From Candidatus Latescibacterota bacterium (GTDB taxonomy: Bacteria; Latescibacterota; UBA2968), in NCBI GenBank assembly GCA_965207885.1, contig OZ242311.1, forward strand, positions 3,232,001 through 3,296,000: a DNA stretch of 64,000 nucleotides, read 5' to 3'. The notes under the pieces were generated by a model. That model searched no databases and was not told the DNA's origin. It saw nothing but the letters and a program-made list of their open reading frames with translations. Made by a program: the position numbers and the translations under genes. Numbering within the stretch: the stretch's first letter is position 1; every line of letters starts with the position of its first letter. Below are positions 16,722 through 25,551 of the stretch, piece by piece.

Positions 16722-17996
16722 ATGTCCAAATACCGAGAATACATGGCACAGATTCTAAATCATCCCATTCTAAAAAAAAGTCCCATTGCCCAGGTAGCAC
16801 TCTATCTTGCGGCCCTTTTTGTTGGCCTCTATATCTGCACAAAAGCGGCGATCTGGCTCGATGGAGCTATCACCGGACTGCAAGGTGGGCAAGTCCTTCA
16901 GGGGGGAACTTTTTGGAAGGCACTTACCGTCACATTCCAACAACCCGACAATCCAAAGCAAAAAATTGCAGTCACTGATATCCGCTTTAAGAATGTAGAT
17001 CGTTTTTTACCCATCGCCGTAATCGTACACACACAGGGAAGTGACGTAACCTATCATACCGGTACGCAACGCGAATGGATCGCAATACCCGACGTGCCCG
17101 TCGATAGCCTCGTCATTCGTACGCGCAACGCCAGCCACAGTGCGGTGATTGACGATTTGAGTTTTCAGTACAACAACCGGAGCTATGCGATGGACTTTGA
17201 CCATACAGCCGATGGTCCTATTGCGCCCAATACGCAGATGCTCGAATACAAGTTTGAGGACATCCAAATCGCATTTGCAGCCGACAATGCCGTACCCACG
17301 GTTGTTCGCGGCGGTGATTTGGCCGAATCCATCGGACGCTATATCTCCAACATCAGCGGTCCACTTTCTACGGTTTTGATCTTGCTCTTGATTGCCCTGC
17401 CCTTCTATATGGTTGTGCGCTATGCTCAGGTTTTATCTCACGACTTATCACCCGACCGATTCTTCACCAATTCCGATGCGCAAATCGTTCAGAAGCAGGG
17501 TATTAACCTGCTATGGGGCGGTCAATACAACGCCGATTACGCCCTATCTGAAAACACAGAACTCTATGCTATCCTTACATCTGTCGAATCTGAAATCGCA
17601 TCTGACCAGGCCCGATTGGTCGAGCGATGCACCGACAAAATCTATCTTCTCTTTGATGAAATTGAAGATCGCCTATCCGAAGGATTTGGCATGTTGGGAC
17701 TTTTATCGCTCTCCATGGGCCTTTTGGGCACAGTGATTGGCATGATAGACGCCTTCAAAATTTTAGAAGACACCATGAAAGTCGGCGAAGGCCCAGCTCA
17801 AACCCAGCTCAAAATGGCGCATTATATCAACTTTGCCCTCGTCACCACAGCTATTGGATTTCTCGGACGCATTCTATCCATGATCCTCATACGCAAAACC
17901 AAAGCCCGCAGCCTGCAACATCGGGCGCGCATGCTCAACCTTGTTCAGCACTTTTATCAGATAGATACAGGCGAGAGAAAAGAAATAGGAGATTGA
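16722..17996 (+). CDS. MotA/TolQ/ExbB family proton-channel protein with an extra N-terminal TM and a large beta-rich extracytoplasmic domain
   Basis: C-terminal SMGLLGTVIGMIDAF...FALVTTAIG signature. Start uncertain (ATG 16722 or 16743). Confidence 0.85.
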   Translation: MSKYREYMAQILNHPILKKSPIAQVALYLAALFVGLYICTKAAIWLDGAITGLQGGQVLQGGTFWKALTVTFQQPDNPKQKIAVTDIRFKNVDRFLPIAVIVHTQGSDVTYHTGTQREWIAIPDVPVDSLVIRTRNASHSAVIDDLSFQYNNRSYAMDFDHTADGPIAPNTQMLEYKFEDIQIAFAADNAVPTVVRGGDLAESIGRYISNISGPLSTVLILLLIALPFYMVVRYAQVLSHDLSPDRFFTNSDAQIVQKQGINLLWGGQYNADYALSENTELYAILTSVESEIASDQARLVERCTDKIYLLFDEIEDRLSEGFGMLGLLSLSMGLLGTVIGMIDAFKILEDTMKVGEGPAQTQLKMAHYINFALVTTAIGFLGRILSMILIRKTKARSLQHRARMLNLVQHFYQIDTGERKEIGD

Positions 17997-17997
17997 C

Positions 17998-18528
17998 GTG
18001 AGACATCGCAACAGGCGACCTTTGGCAGCACTTTTAGACACGGGCGAAGGGTTTATTGATGTCTTGTTTTTGCTGCTTACATTTTTTATCATTCAGAACG
18101 TGTGGCAAACCCATCTCGCCAATTTACACAACCGCTTTGTCCACGCACAAAAACTCAATTTTATCAAAGCACCCGACGAAAAAGGCTCTGCCCCCCATCC
18201 CACGGATGAACGATTTTTACAGATCATCATCGGTAAATCCTATGTGCAATTTGACAAAGGCGGCGTTGCCACCGAAGAACACATGGTCTTTCAAGACCGC
18301 GCAGACAACGACCAGATTGGTGTTGAACGCGCTGTATTTTTGTCCGTAAAAAAAGCTTTACTCGCACTACAGGCACAACATGGATTTGCGCCCAATGACA
18401 TTTTGGTGCGCCTCTATTTTGAACGCGATGCAACCGTGACTTATACCGTTGGCGTGTACGACGCCCTCAACAACAGTGGATTTAAGACTGTGCAATGGGG
18501 GCTTGAAAGTCAAAAAAGAAAGTTGTAA
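17998..18528 (+). CDS. ExbD/TolR family protein (divergent)
   Basis: FIDVLFLLLTFFII TM segment with the conserved Asp; C-terminal 'VRLYFERDATVTYTVGVYDALNNSGFKTV' fits the ExbD alpha/beta domain; GTG start 1 nt after the exbB-like stop. Confidence 0.82.
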   Translation: MRHRNRRPLAALLDTGEGFIDVLFLLLTFFIIQNVWQTHLANLHNRFVHAQKLNFIKAPDEKGSAPHPTDERFLQIIIGKSYVQFDKGGVATEEHMVFQDRADNDQIGVERAVFLSVKKALLALQAQHGFAPNDILVRLYFERDATVTYTVGVYDALNNSGFKTVQWGLESQKRKL

Positions 18529-18536
18529 AATAGAAT

Positions 18537-19895
18537 ATGTCTCCCCGTGAAAAAAAAATGATCCAGAGCGCTGCTGAAAGCATGCGACGAGATCATCCCA
18601 AATTCTTTGGCGTGTTATCTGCCATACTGCGCGCTCGCAACTTGGCTGAGGCGCGTCGGGCATGTAATTATCCCTCGTCCGAAGACTTTACAAGCGTCTA
18701 TCACCGGGCCATCGAATATCTCTTCAAACAGTTGCGTGACCTGGGGTATGTCCCCCCATCGGAAACCGATAGCTTTGAGGAAAGCATAGGGCAGAGTGCG
18801 CCATCGGGCCATTTCAAATTGCCCTCACGCGAAATCATCAATCGCTTCTACAAAGGCCATATCTTCCACGAAGCATGCGCGCTTGTGGCCATACAGAATC
18901 ACCTGGGGCTTTCCAAACTCTGGGCGCACTTCCCCAAGCGCCGGCATGAAATAGAAATCGCCATCGCCCTTGTTCCGGTCCAGGCGATAGTCCCTCAACT
19001 ACAGTCCATTCGCTTGTCCCATACCCCTATTCAACGCACACAACAACGCTTTTTGTCCGCATTGGCCGGTGCGTTTGCACTGGGCATCGTCTTGCTATTA
19101 GCACTCAGTCCTCCTCAGGGAGGGAGGGCATTCAAAGCCATTGTCACAAATTTTGAAGATATGCTCGTAAGTGCGCAGGGCATCTTTGACATGAGCAAAA
19201 ACGCACGAGAAGACGTCAACGTAACAAAACCAGATCCAGAACCCCGGGTGCAGGCTGCCCCAAAGCCAGCGCCTCGTCCTAAAATCGCGCTGCCGGACAA
19301 ACCGAAATTGGCACTCGCATCTTTGCCCGATATTCCGCGCCAACTCGACAGACCATCGCTCGGTGGATTAAAAGCCCCGCCCCGTGTCTCGACACCCAAC
19401 ATGGACAGAGGTGCAAACCCATCGTCGTTTTTTGGTTCGCGGCCAGAAGTCCATGTCGCTCGCGCCACTATGAGTATGCCCGCCCCTGCCACATTGCCAT
19501 CAACTGGCGCGAGCGCAGGCAAAGATCAGCCCGAGCAACAAGCAGAATCCACCGATCTCAAAGGCTACCGGCCTGCTGGACGCATTGGTTTTTCCAACTT
19601 TCATACATCGGGTGGTCTCTCGGCAGAACTCGTGCGGCTGACCCGTATCCAGCGCGCACTTTCTCGACTGAAAATGCCTCAAAACAGAATATATGAAAAT
19701 GCCCAACTCACATTGGCGCCAGACAAAGCCAGAATACAATTTGCCGACGGTGTTGCATTTATCCTCACATTTCGGCTGGGCCAACTCGACGACATTCAGA
19801 TTTTTGCACGCTCGGGCATAGACAAAGCCCTTCACATAGAAACCGAAGCGCGCCGGGGCATCCGCTTTCTCAACCGCGCCCTGAGCAATTCGTGA
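18537..19895 (+). CDS. Bitopic membrane protein: cytoplasmic N-domain, one TM, Pro-rich linker, C-terminal domain (TonB/TolA-like topology)
   Basis: TM FLSALAGAFALGIVLLLAL near aa 172-190; Pro/Lys-rich KPDPEPRVQAAPKPAPRPK; follows the exbBD-like genes. Confidence 0.65.
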   Translation: MSPREKKMIQSAAESMRRDHPKFFGVLSAILRARNLAEARRACNYPSSEDFTSVYHRAIEYLFKQLRDLGYVPPSETDSFEESIGQSAPSGHFKLPSREIINRFYKGHIFHEACALVAIQNHLGLSKLWAHFPKRRHEIEIAIALVPVQAIVPQLQSIRLSHTPIQRTQQRFLSALAGAFALGIVLLLALSPPQGGRAFKAIVTNFEDMLVSAQGIFDMSKNAREDVNVTKPDPEPRVQAAPKPAPRPKIALPDKPKLALASLPDIPRQLDRPSLGGLKAPPRVSTPNMDRGANPSSFFGSRPEVHVARATMSMPAPATLPSTGASAGKDQPEQQAESTDLKGYRPAGRIGFSNFHTSGGLSAELVRLTRIQRALSRLKMPQNRIYENAQLTLAPDKARIQFADGVAFILTFRLGQLDDIQIFARSGIDKALHIETEARRGIRFLNRALSNS

Positions 19896-19903
19896 GGTCG
19901 CTT

Positions 19904-21289
19904 ATGATTATGAAAAAAATCTTCCTTATCTTCTTCGTTTTTTTGATTTTGCCAGCCCTTTCTTTTGCGCAGGGAAAGGACGACAGCCTCGCCTATCAGT
20001 CTTTTGAGCAGGGCCGCAGTGCTTACGCGCTTGGGCGATATATTGAAGCCGTCGCACATTTTGAGCGTGCGTGCAACCAGGCTCTCATCTTTACCAGTGC
20101 CTATTATATCTGGCTGGGCACGGCAGGCGAGCGTGCCTACGACACGGGTCAGGACGCGCCCAACCGATTGGACCTGCTCAGAAAAAGTGCCGACGCCTAC
20201 CGCACGGCGCTCGACCGCGAGCAAGACCCCGATATTCGCTACGAATTGGGACGTCTCACCGTCAAATACGCGATGGCGCGTGCCAACTTCGTGCTTGAGC
20301 GCGAAAGCAACCGCCAACCTCTGCCGCTGGATTTGCCCCCGCCAGTATTGCGAGACAGCACCTGGATACCCACGCGCTTTCAACCCGCAACAATTGACTC
20401 CCTGCACCGAATATGGCATCTCGCAGAGGGTGGTCTGCGCGACATTTGGATGGCGATTCTCGGCAGAACGCAAAAGGAAATTGTCTATGCTGCGCCGCAA
20501 CGCAGCACCATGAGTGACACCCTTCAGGCTTATTTAAGCGTCTATATCGAAAACAGCCTGAACCTGATCGAGACCGCCGGACAGGCCAATTTTGAAGGCA
20601 TAGAACCCGATTTTTACATCCCCAAAATTGCCGCCGCATCTTCTCGCGGCGTTTTGGGCGATAACCCCGACTGGTTCAATCAAGTGCTCGCTGCCGCGCG
20701 CTTTGATGGCGGTTATAACATGCGCTGTGCCATCTACCGCCTCAAGGGATTGCGCCACAGCAAAGAAGAAGAAGCCAACCGCGCAATCCACGCCATGCAA
20801 CGCGCTCTGGTCTATGCGAGATCCGATACCTCTCGCGCCGCCCTCTATCTCGACATGGCCTTCACCGCGTACCGAGACGACTTGCCCAGAGCCGTTGAAT
20901 ATGCCAAATACGCATACGCGCACAACCAATACGAACCGAGAGTGTGCGATACCTATGGCGGGCTTTCGCTCAGTTTGGCGAGTGTAAAACTCAAAGAAGG
21001 CGCGTACCGCGAGGCGATTTCAACCATTTATCCCGTGACATCCTTTGGATGGCAAGACCGCGGCGAAGCCCTGATCACCCTGGCGATTGCCTATTTCAAC
21101 TCCGACCTGCAAAATGTGGGAGCGAGAGCATACCAGGCCGCGGAAATGGCCTATCGCATTGCGCCAGAACGCTACTGGAAAGAATTTCATCGCATCGCCA
21201 AAAGTCAGGGCAACTATGTGCAAGCGCGTCAACTCGAAGAAAAGCACAGCAGCACGTTGCTCAGCAAAAAACAGGACACCTCCCCATGA
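19904..21289 (+). CDS. Secreted TPR-like helical repeat protein
   Basis: Signal peptide MKKIFLIFFVFLILPALSFAQ; TPR-like segments (FEQGRSAYALGRYIEAVAHFERA, GAYREAISTI, ALITLAIAYF). Confidence 0.75.
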   Translation: MIMKKIFLIFFVFLILPALSFAQGKDDSLAYQSFEQGRSAYALGRYIEAVAHFERACNQALIFTSAYYIWLGTAGERAYDTGQDAPNRLDLLRKSADAYRTALDREQDPDIRYELGRLTVKYAMARANFVLERESNRQPLPLDLPPPVLRDSTWIPTRFQPATIDSLHRIWHLAEGGLRDIWMAILGRTQKEIVYAAPQRSTMSDTLQAYLSVYIENSLNLIETAGQANFEGIEPDFYIPKIAAASSRGVLGDNPDWFNQVLAAARFDGGYNMRCAIYRLKGLRHSKEEEANRAIHAMQRALVYARSDTSRAALYLDMAFTAYRDDLPRAVEYAKYAYAHNQYEPRVCDTYGGLSLSLASVKLKEGAYREAISTIYPVTSFGWQDRGEALITLAIAYFNSDLQNVGARAYQAAEMAYRIAPERYWKEFHRIAKSQGNYVQARQLEEKHSSTLLSKKQDTSP

Positions 21290-22986
21290 ACACCCTGAGA
21301 TTTATTTTTTTTTGCATCCTGCTGACCACACCGCTCCACATCCAGGCTCAAGAAACAGAGCCTGCGCCGAGGATGCTTTTCAAGACGAAAATCCACATTC
21401 GCTCAGAACCCACAGGTGCTCAGGTCTTCATCAATGGGCAGGAAGCGGGTTATACGCCATTTGTCACAGAAAAGCTACTGGACATTGGCGATAAAATTCA
21501 GGCGTATGCACACGGCTACCAGCCCTGGATGCGCACATTTACGACAACCGTTTTGGCAGATACGGTGCATATCGCGCTCATACGTCAGAAAGCGCATTTG
21601 GAGATCCGATCTGATCAACTCGCGGCCTTAGGCGCAGAAATCCACCTTCGGTTTGCAGATCAAGACACGACCATCACCGGGTTTATCAACATCGGACGCG
21701 GCAATGTGGCTTATGAGTCGGACCTTTTTGTGGGCAAATACCGCCTCGAAATCAGCAAACCCGGCTTTAACCTCATCGAACAAGACCTCTTTCTGCCCCC
21801 GCGTGGCAAACTCATAGAAATTAGGCTTACCCGCAATCCGCTGCCACTCACGGAATTGTCCATCCCCGGTCTCGTGGATATCGCAGACCAATACCTCGCC
21901 GAAAGCGCGCAACTCCTCGAGGCTGCCCTGGCCATTGGCGAAACAGTCCCCGCGGTTGAAACCAATGCGTCTATCCGCCTCAGCGACTCGCGCCTGACGC
22001 CTTTTATCGAAGACTTGAAATACTATAGCCACCAGACGCGCGAATTAGAACTCACGCTGAGTCGCCTGGGACAAAGCGAAATCGGCGTGCTGCGCGCCCT
22101 CGCGCAAATTGATGTGTACCATGGTATTGTGCTCGGCAAATACCGCCGCTTCTCAGAAGCGCACGCGCTCTTCCGAGAAGCCCGAGAGCGTTCTCCTTTT
22201 CCCATTGAACAAGAACCCAATCCCCTTCCAGGGGAAAACGAGTCCAGTCTGGGCGATCTCACGCGCTTTGCCGAACAATGGCACACACGTCTCGGTCGAT
22301 TAGATGTCAACGTAAATGCGGCCTGGCTCGCCATTCGCAACATGCACCCCAACACCCTGCGCTTTGAACAGGTGCGCTTCACGCGAGAGGCACCCGTGCC
22401 CCCGGCCACATCACCGCACGAACAAGCCATGTACGATAGCCTCACTACCCTTGCCGAACACATCTTGAACGAGAATATCGCCAATCGGGAGCAAGAGTTT
22501 TCTCTCACCCTTCCCAAAGGCCATTACATGCTCAAAGATACGCAAAACATGGCCATTCCCATTTCATTCCGAGTTTCCGATGCCCCTACTTTTCTACCCA
22601 TCTCACCGCGCGTCAGCCTGTGGTTGCCCACCGCCAAAACCGCGTCGGATACGGTTCGCTTGCAAACCGTCGTCGGGGACGAACTCGGCCCGATTGTTCA
22701 ACCCGACCAAATTACTTTTGGCCGAGAATACGCACTTCTGGTCAAAATGGGCGATTACAAACGCCACCGCGAAAACATCATCCTCTATCCTGCAAGCGGC
22801 ATCAAACCCGTCTGGCCCGGCGTCACCGCCATTGCAGCGACCCCAGGTATGGAATGCCTGTATTACAAAACAGGAAATAAAAAATTGGAGACATCTATCC
22901 TCGGCAACATCCAGGGCAAACGCAGCGGACTTCTCAAATATCTGCTCATCCCCATCGTCGGCATAGGCGTTGCCCTCGCGCTGTGA
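21286..22986 (+). CDS. PEGA domain protein with signal peptide and C-terminal hydrophobic anchor
   Basis: MNTLRFIFFCILLTTPLHIQAQ signal; IRSEPTGAQVFINGQEAGYTP PEGA motif; GKYRLEISKPGF; ends KRSGLLKYLLIPIVGIGVALAL. ATG 21286 overlaps the upstream stop (ATGA). Confidence 0.8.
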   Translation: MNTLRFIFFCILLTTPLHIQAQETEPAPRMLFKTKIHIRSEPTGAQVFINGQEAGYTPFVTEKLLDIGDKIQAYAHGYQPWMRTFTTTVLADTVHIALIRQKAHLEIRSDQLAALGAEIHLRFADQDTTITGFINIGRGNVAYESDLFVGKYRLEISKPGFNLIEQDLFLPPRGKLIEIRLTRNPLPLTELSIPGLVDIADQYLAESAQLLEAALAIGETVPAVETNASIRLSDSRLTPFIEDLKYYSHQTRELELTLSRLGQSEIGVLRALAQIDVYHGIVLGKYRRFSEAHALFREARERSPFPIEQEPNPLPGENESSLGDLTRFAEQWHTRLGRLDVNVNAAWLAIRNMHPNTLRFEQVRFTREAPVPPATSPHEQAMYDSLTTLAEHILNENIANREQEFSLTLPKGHYMLKDTQNMAIPISFRVSDAPTFLPISPRVSLWLPTAKTASDTVRLQTVVGDELGPIVQPDQITFGREYALLVKMGDYKRHRENIILYPASGIKPVWPGVTAIAATPGMECLYYKTGNKKLETSILGNIQGKRSGLLKYLLIPIVGIGVALAL

Positions 22987-23008
22987 GAATGCAACCAGGT
23001 CAAAAAAC

Positions 23009-23042
23009 AAAAAAGCACCCGTTTTTTATTCGGGTGCTTTTT
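23009..23042. terminator. Bidirectional intrinsic terminator between convergent genes
   Basis: AAAAAAGCACCCG-tttttttatt-like loop-CGGGTGCTTTTT. Confidence 0.8.
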
Positions 23043-23074
23043 GTTAATTTTAAATTTCTGTGATAATGCCTATC

Positions 23075-25498
23075 TCACAACCCAATCAAATACGACACCT
23101 TGAGCAACACGGCTCGGCTGGTCTGGTGTAAGTCGCCATCGGTTCCAAACCCGTGATCATAGACAAAGAAAATATCGCTGCCCGGACGGAAACGGTAGTT
23201 GAGCAAAAAGTTTGCGCCCACGGATTCGCTGTCACTATTCCACTGTGCAAAAATTTTAAAAAAGAAATCGGTTGTAAACGAATAAATCAACCGCGTACTC
23301 AATGCCTGAATATTGAGATTGGCCTGTGGCAAGCGAATCCAATTGCCATCGTAAATCAACTCAATACCCAATCTGCCATTGGGCCGATAGGCATTCTCTG
23401 CCGTCACCCGATACAAGTGCCCTGTATAATAAGTCCCCACCAGAAAATCAAAGTCCAACTGCAATTTGCGATAATTTGCCGTATCCGGTCCCAGCCTGAA
23501 CGATGTAAAAGTATATTCGCGCGGCGGAATGGCGACATCGGGTCGCTTGCTCGACGGTCTAAAAGTCCGCGTAACAACATCGCGGGTCCTCTCCACACGC
23601 ACCAAAAAGCGATCAGCTGTCTGAAGGGCGAGCACACCGTCAAGTCTGAACCGCTGGAACGGTACCTCGCCTTCGTCGTCTTCAATCACCTGAATATCGG
23701 GCGTGAATCTCAAATTGCGGATATTGGCTACCCTGGGACGCGGCAAATAAGATAGATTGACATTGTAACGCCGAAATCCCCGAATCCCACGTCGGCGATT
23801 GACAAACCCCGCCTCTGGCTCAAAATTGTCCTCCACCTCCAGAACAGTTGCCGATCCCGCGTATTTGGTTCCACTATACGAAAAACGCAAATATCGCGCA
23901 TCATCCACTTCTTCTGAGTCCTTATCCCAGGTACGCGCGTAAAACGCCTGTACATTGACCGCGGTTGACGGCGAAAAACTGAAATCCAGTCCCCCAGCGC
24001 GATTGTAGTCGCCCCACCCACCTTCGGACACTTCGCTTTGTTTATTCACCCAGATAAATCCCACATTGGACCGTGCGAGCACATCGCGCTTGATCCGCAG
24101 AACGGAAAAATTCCTGCGCGGCAGTGTCTGTGTATCCAGCATCTCAGAATCCGTCAGAACATTTAATGCGCCAATACTGGTGCGTCCGGCTTTGCCAGCC
24201 AATTTCCCACCTGCGAGAATCGGCACGGGCTGCCCCCCATCCAGACCAATTCTCCTGCTGTAAAACAGCAGCGTTGGCGGGCGCACATCTCCACCGCGAG
24301 TTGACGCAGCCTCGCCAAAATCAAATAACTGCGCCCCCTCCAGGAAAAACTCGCGCTTTTCGGGAAAAAACTGGGAAAACTGCGTCAAATTCACCTGCTC
24401 TTGATCGGCTTCGACCTGGGCAAAATCCGTATTATAAGACACATCCAGCGCGAGATTGGACGTCAGGCCATAACGCACATCTGCACCCGCTTCAAACGTG
24501 CGATTCTCCCCCTCATCGCCTGTAAAATTGCGCGAAGTCCCCGGCAACACATACGGTTTGACCTGAAAAAGCCGCTTTCTCTCAACAGCCTTTAATCCGC
24601 GCAACACACCCATGTCGGTCATCTGATACCTCCGCCGGGGCGACGGCGTATGTCGTCCGACAATAAACGCGGTTTCTTCGTTCTTGTGTCCGATATAACG
24701 CCCCATGTTAATCCCCCATTCCATCTCATCAGACGGATTGAAACGGAGTTGATTAAAGGGAATCGCTATTTCGGCAGTCCAGCCCCTCTCATGACGCACA
24801 CACCGCGCCTCCCAGATACAATCCCAATCTTCATTCGTCGTTCGCCCTTCATTTGACAAAAGCATATCTGCCCGCGCGCCGAGCGCATTGACAAAAAAGA
24901 AAACCCCATTCTGTTTGTCATTAAACGGATCGAGCAACAACTGGATATTATCATCACCAGAAAGCTGAGAATCTCGGCGCATATTATTGGTAACAATGAG
25001 GCCGGGATTTTTGTCATAGCATTCAAAACCAAAATAAATTTTTTTATTGTCATAAATAATTTTCACAACCGTTCGTTCAGTAACCGGCATCCAGTATTTC
25101 GGATCGCGTTGCACAAAGCCCTCTGCGGCCTGCGCCTGCTGCCAGACCGCGTCGTCTAACCGCCCGTCAATGCGCGGTGCCGCTGCAACCCGCGTCGCAT
25201 GCACCACCCTGCGCGGTGAACCCGCAAGCGTGCCATCATCGGCCTGAATCCTATCGCCGGGTTTTACCGGCGAACCATTTTCCTCAACCACGCGCGCAAC
25301 CACCACATTGGACAACACCTTGATCACCTGCAAAACCGCACCATCATCGCCTGCAACCCGCAATTTGCCATCCAGGTCAGCCGAAAGCCCTTTTACATAG
25401 ACGAGATCACCCACCACCTGTTGCACCTCTCCCTGTGCATATATATGATCGGGAATTACAATTGTTATCAGTGCGAAAAATAATATCCGAAAACACAT
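23075..25498 (-). CDS. DUF5916 / CBM9-like domain outer-membrane protein
   Basis: APRIDGRLDDAVW, DPFNDKQNG, WTAEIAIPF, NTDFAQVEAD and FFPEKREFFLEG motifs; beta-barrel-like C-terminus; RBS AGGAGGT. Confidence 0.8.
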   Translation of the reverse strand: MCFRILFFALITIVIPDHIYAQGEVQQVVGDLVYVKGLSADLDGKLRVAGDDGAVLQVIKVLSNVVVARVVEENGSPVKPGDRIQADDGTLAGSPRRVVHATRVAAAPRIDGRLDDAVWQQAQAAEGFVQRDPKYWMPVTERTVVKIIYDNKKIYFGFECYDKNPGLIVTNNMRRDSQLSGDDNIQLLLDPFNDKQNGVFFFVNALGARADMLLSNEGRTTNEDWDCIWEARCVRHERGWTAEIAIPFNQLRFNPSDEMEWGINMGRYIGHKNEETAFIVGRHTPSPRRRYQMTDMGVLRGLKAVERKRLFQVKPYVLPGTSRNFTGDEGENRTFEAGADVRYGLTSNLALDVSYNTDFAQVEADQEQVNLTQFSQFFPEKREFFLEGAQLFDFGEAASTRGGDVRPPTLLFYSRRIGLDGGQPVPILAGGKLAGKAGRTSIGALNVLTDSEMLDTQTLPRRNFSVLRIKRDVLARSNVGFIWVNKQSEVSEGGWGDYNRAGGLDFSFSPSTAVNVQAFYARTWDKDSEEVDDARYLRFSYSGTKYAGSATVLEVEDNFEPEAGFVNRRRGIRGFRRYNVNLSYLPRPRVANIRNLRFTPDIQVIEDDEGEVPFQRFRLDGVLALQTADRFLVRVERTRDVVTRTFRPSSKRPDVAIPPREYTFTSFRLGPDTANYRKLQLDFDFLVGTYYTGHLYRVTAENAYRPNGRLGIELIYDGNWIRLPQANLNIQALSTRLIYSFTTDFFFKIFAQWNSDSESVGANFLLNYRFRPGSDIFFVYDHGFGTDGDLHQTSRAVLLKVSYLIGL

Positions 25499-25551
25499 AA
25501 GCACCTCCTGATCCAATGTCCAAAAACAAACTCCCGAAATACGGGGGATTT

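Noticed and set aside
16722-18528. Zorya (ZorAB) or flagellar MotAB interpretation
   Set aside because: The second gene is ExbD-like with no OmpA-type domain, the first lacks a long ZorA tail, and no zorC/D/E or flagellar genes are nearby.
20944-21285. N-terminal extension of the PEGA protein in the ORF track
   Set aside because: It overlaps the TPR gene; the signal peptide begins at ATG 21286.
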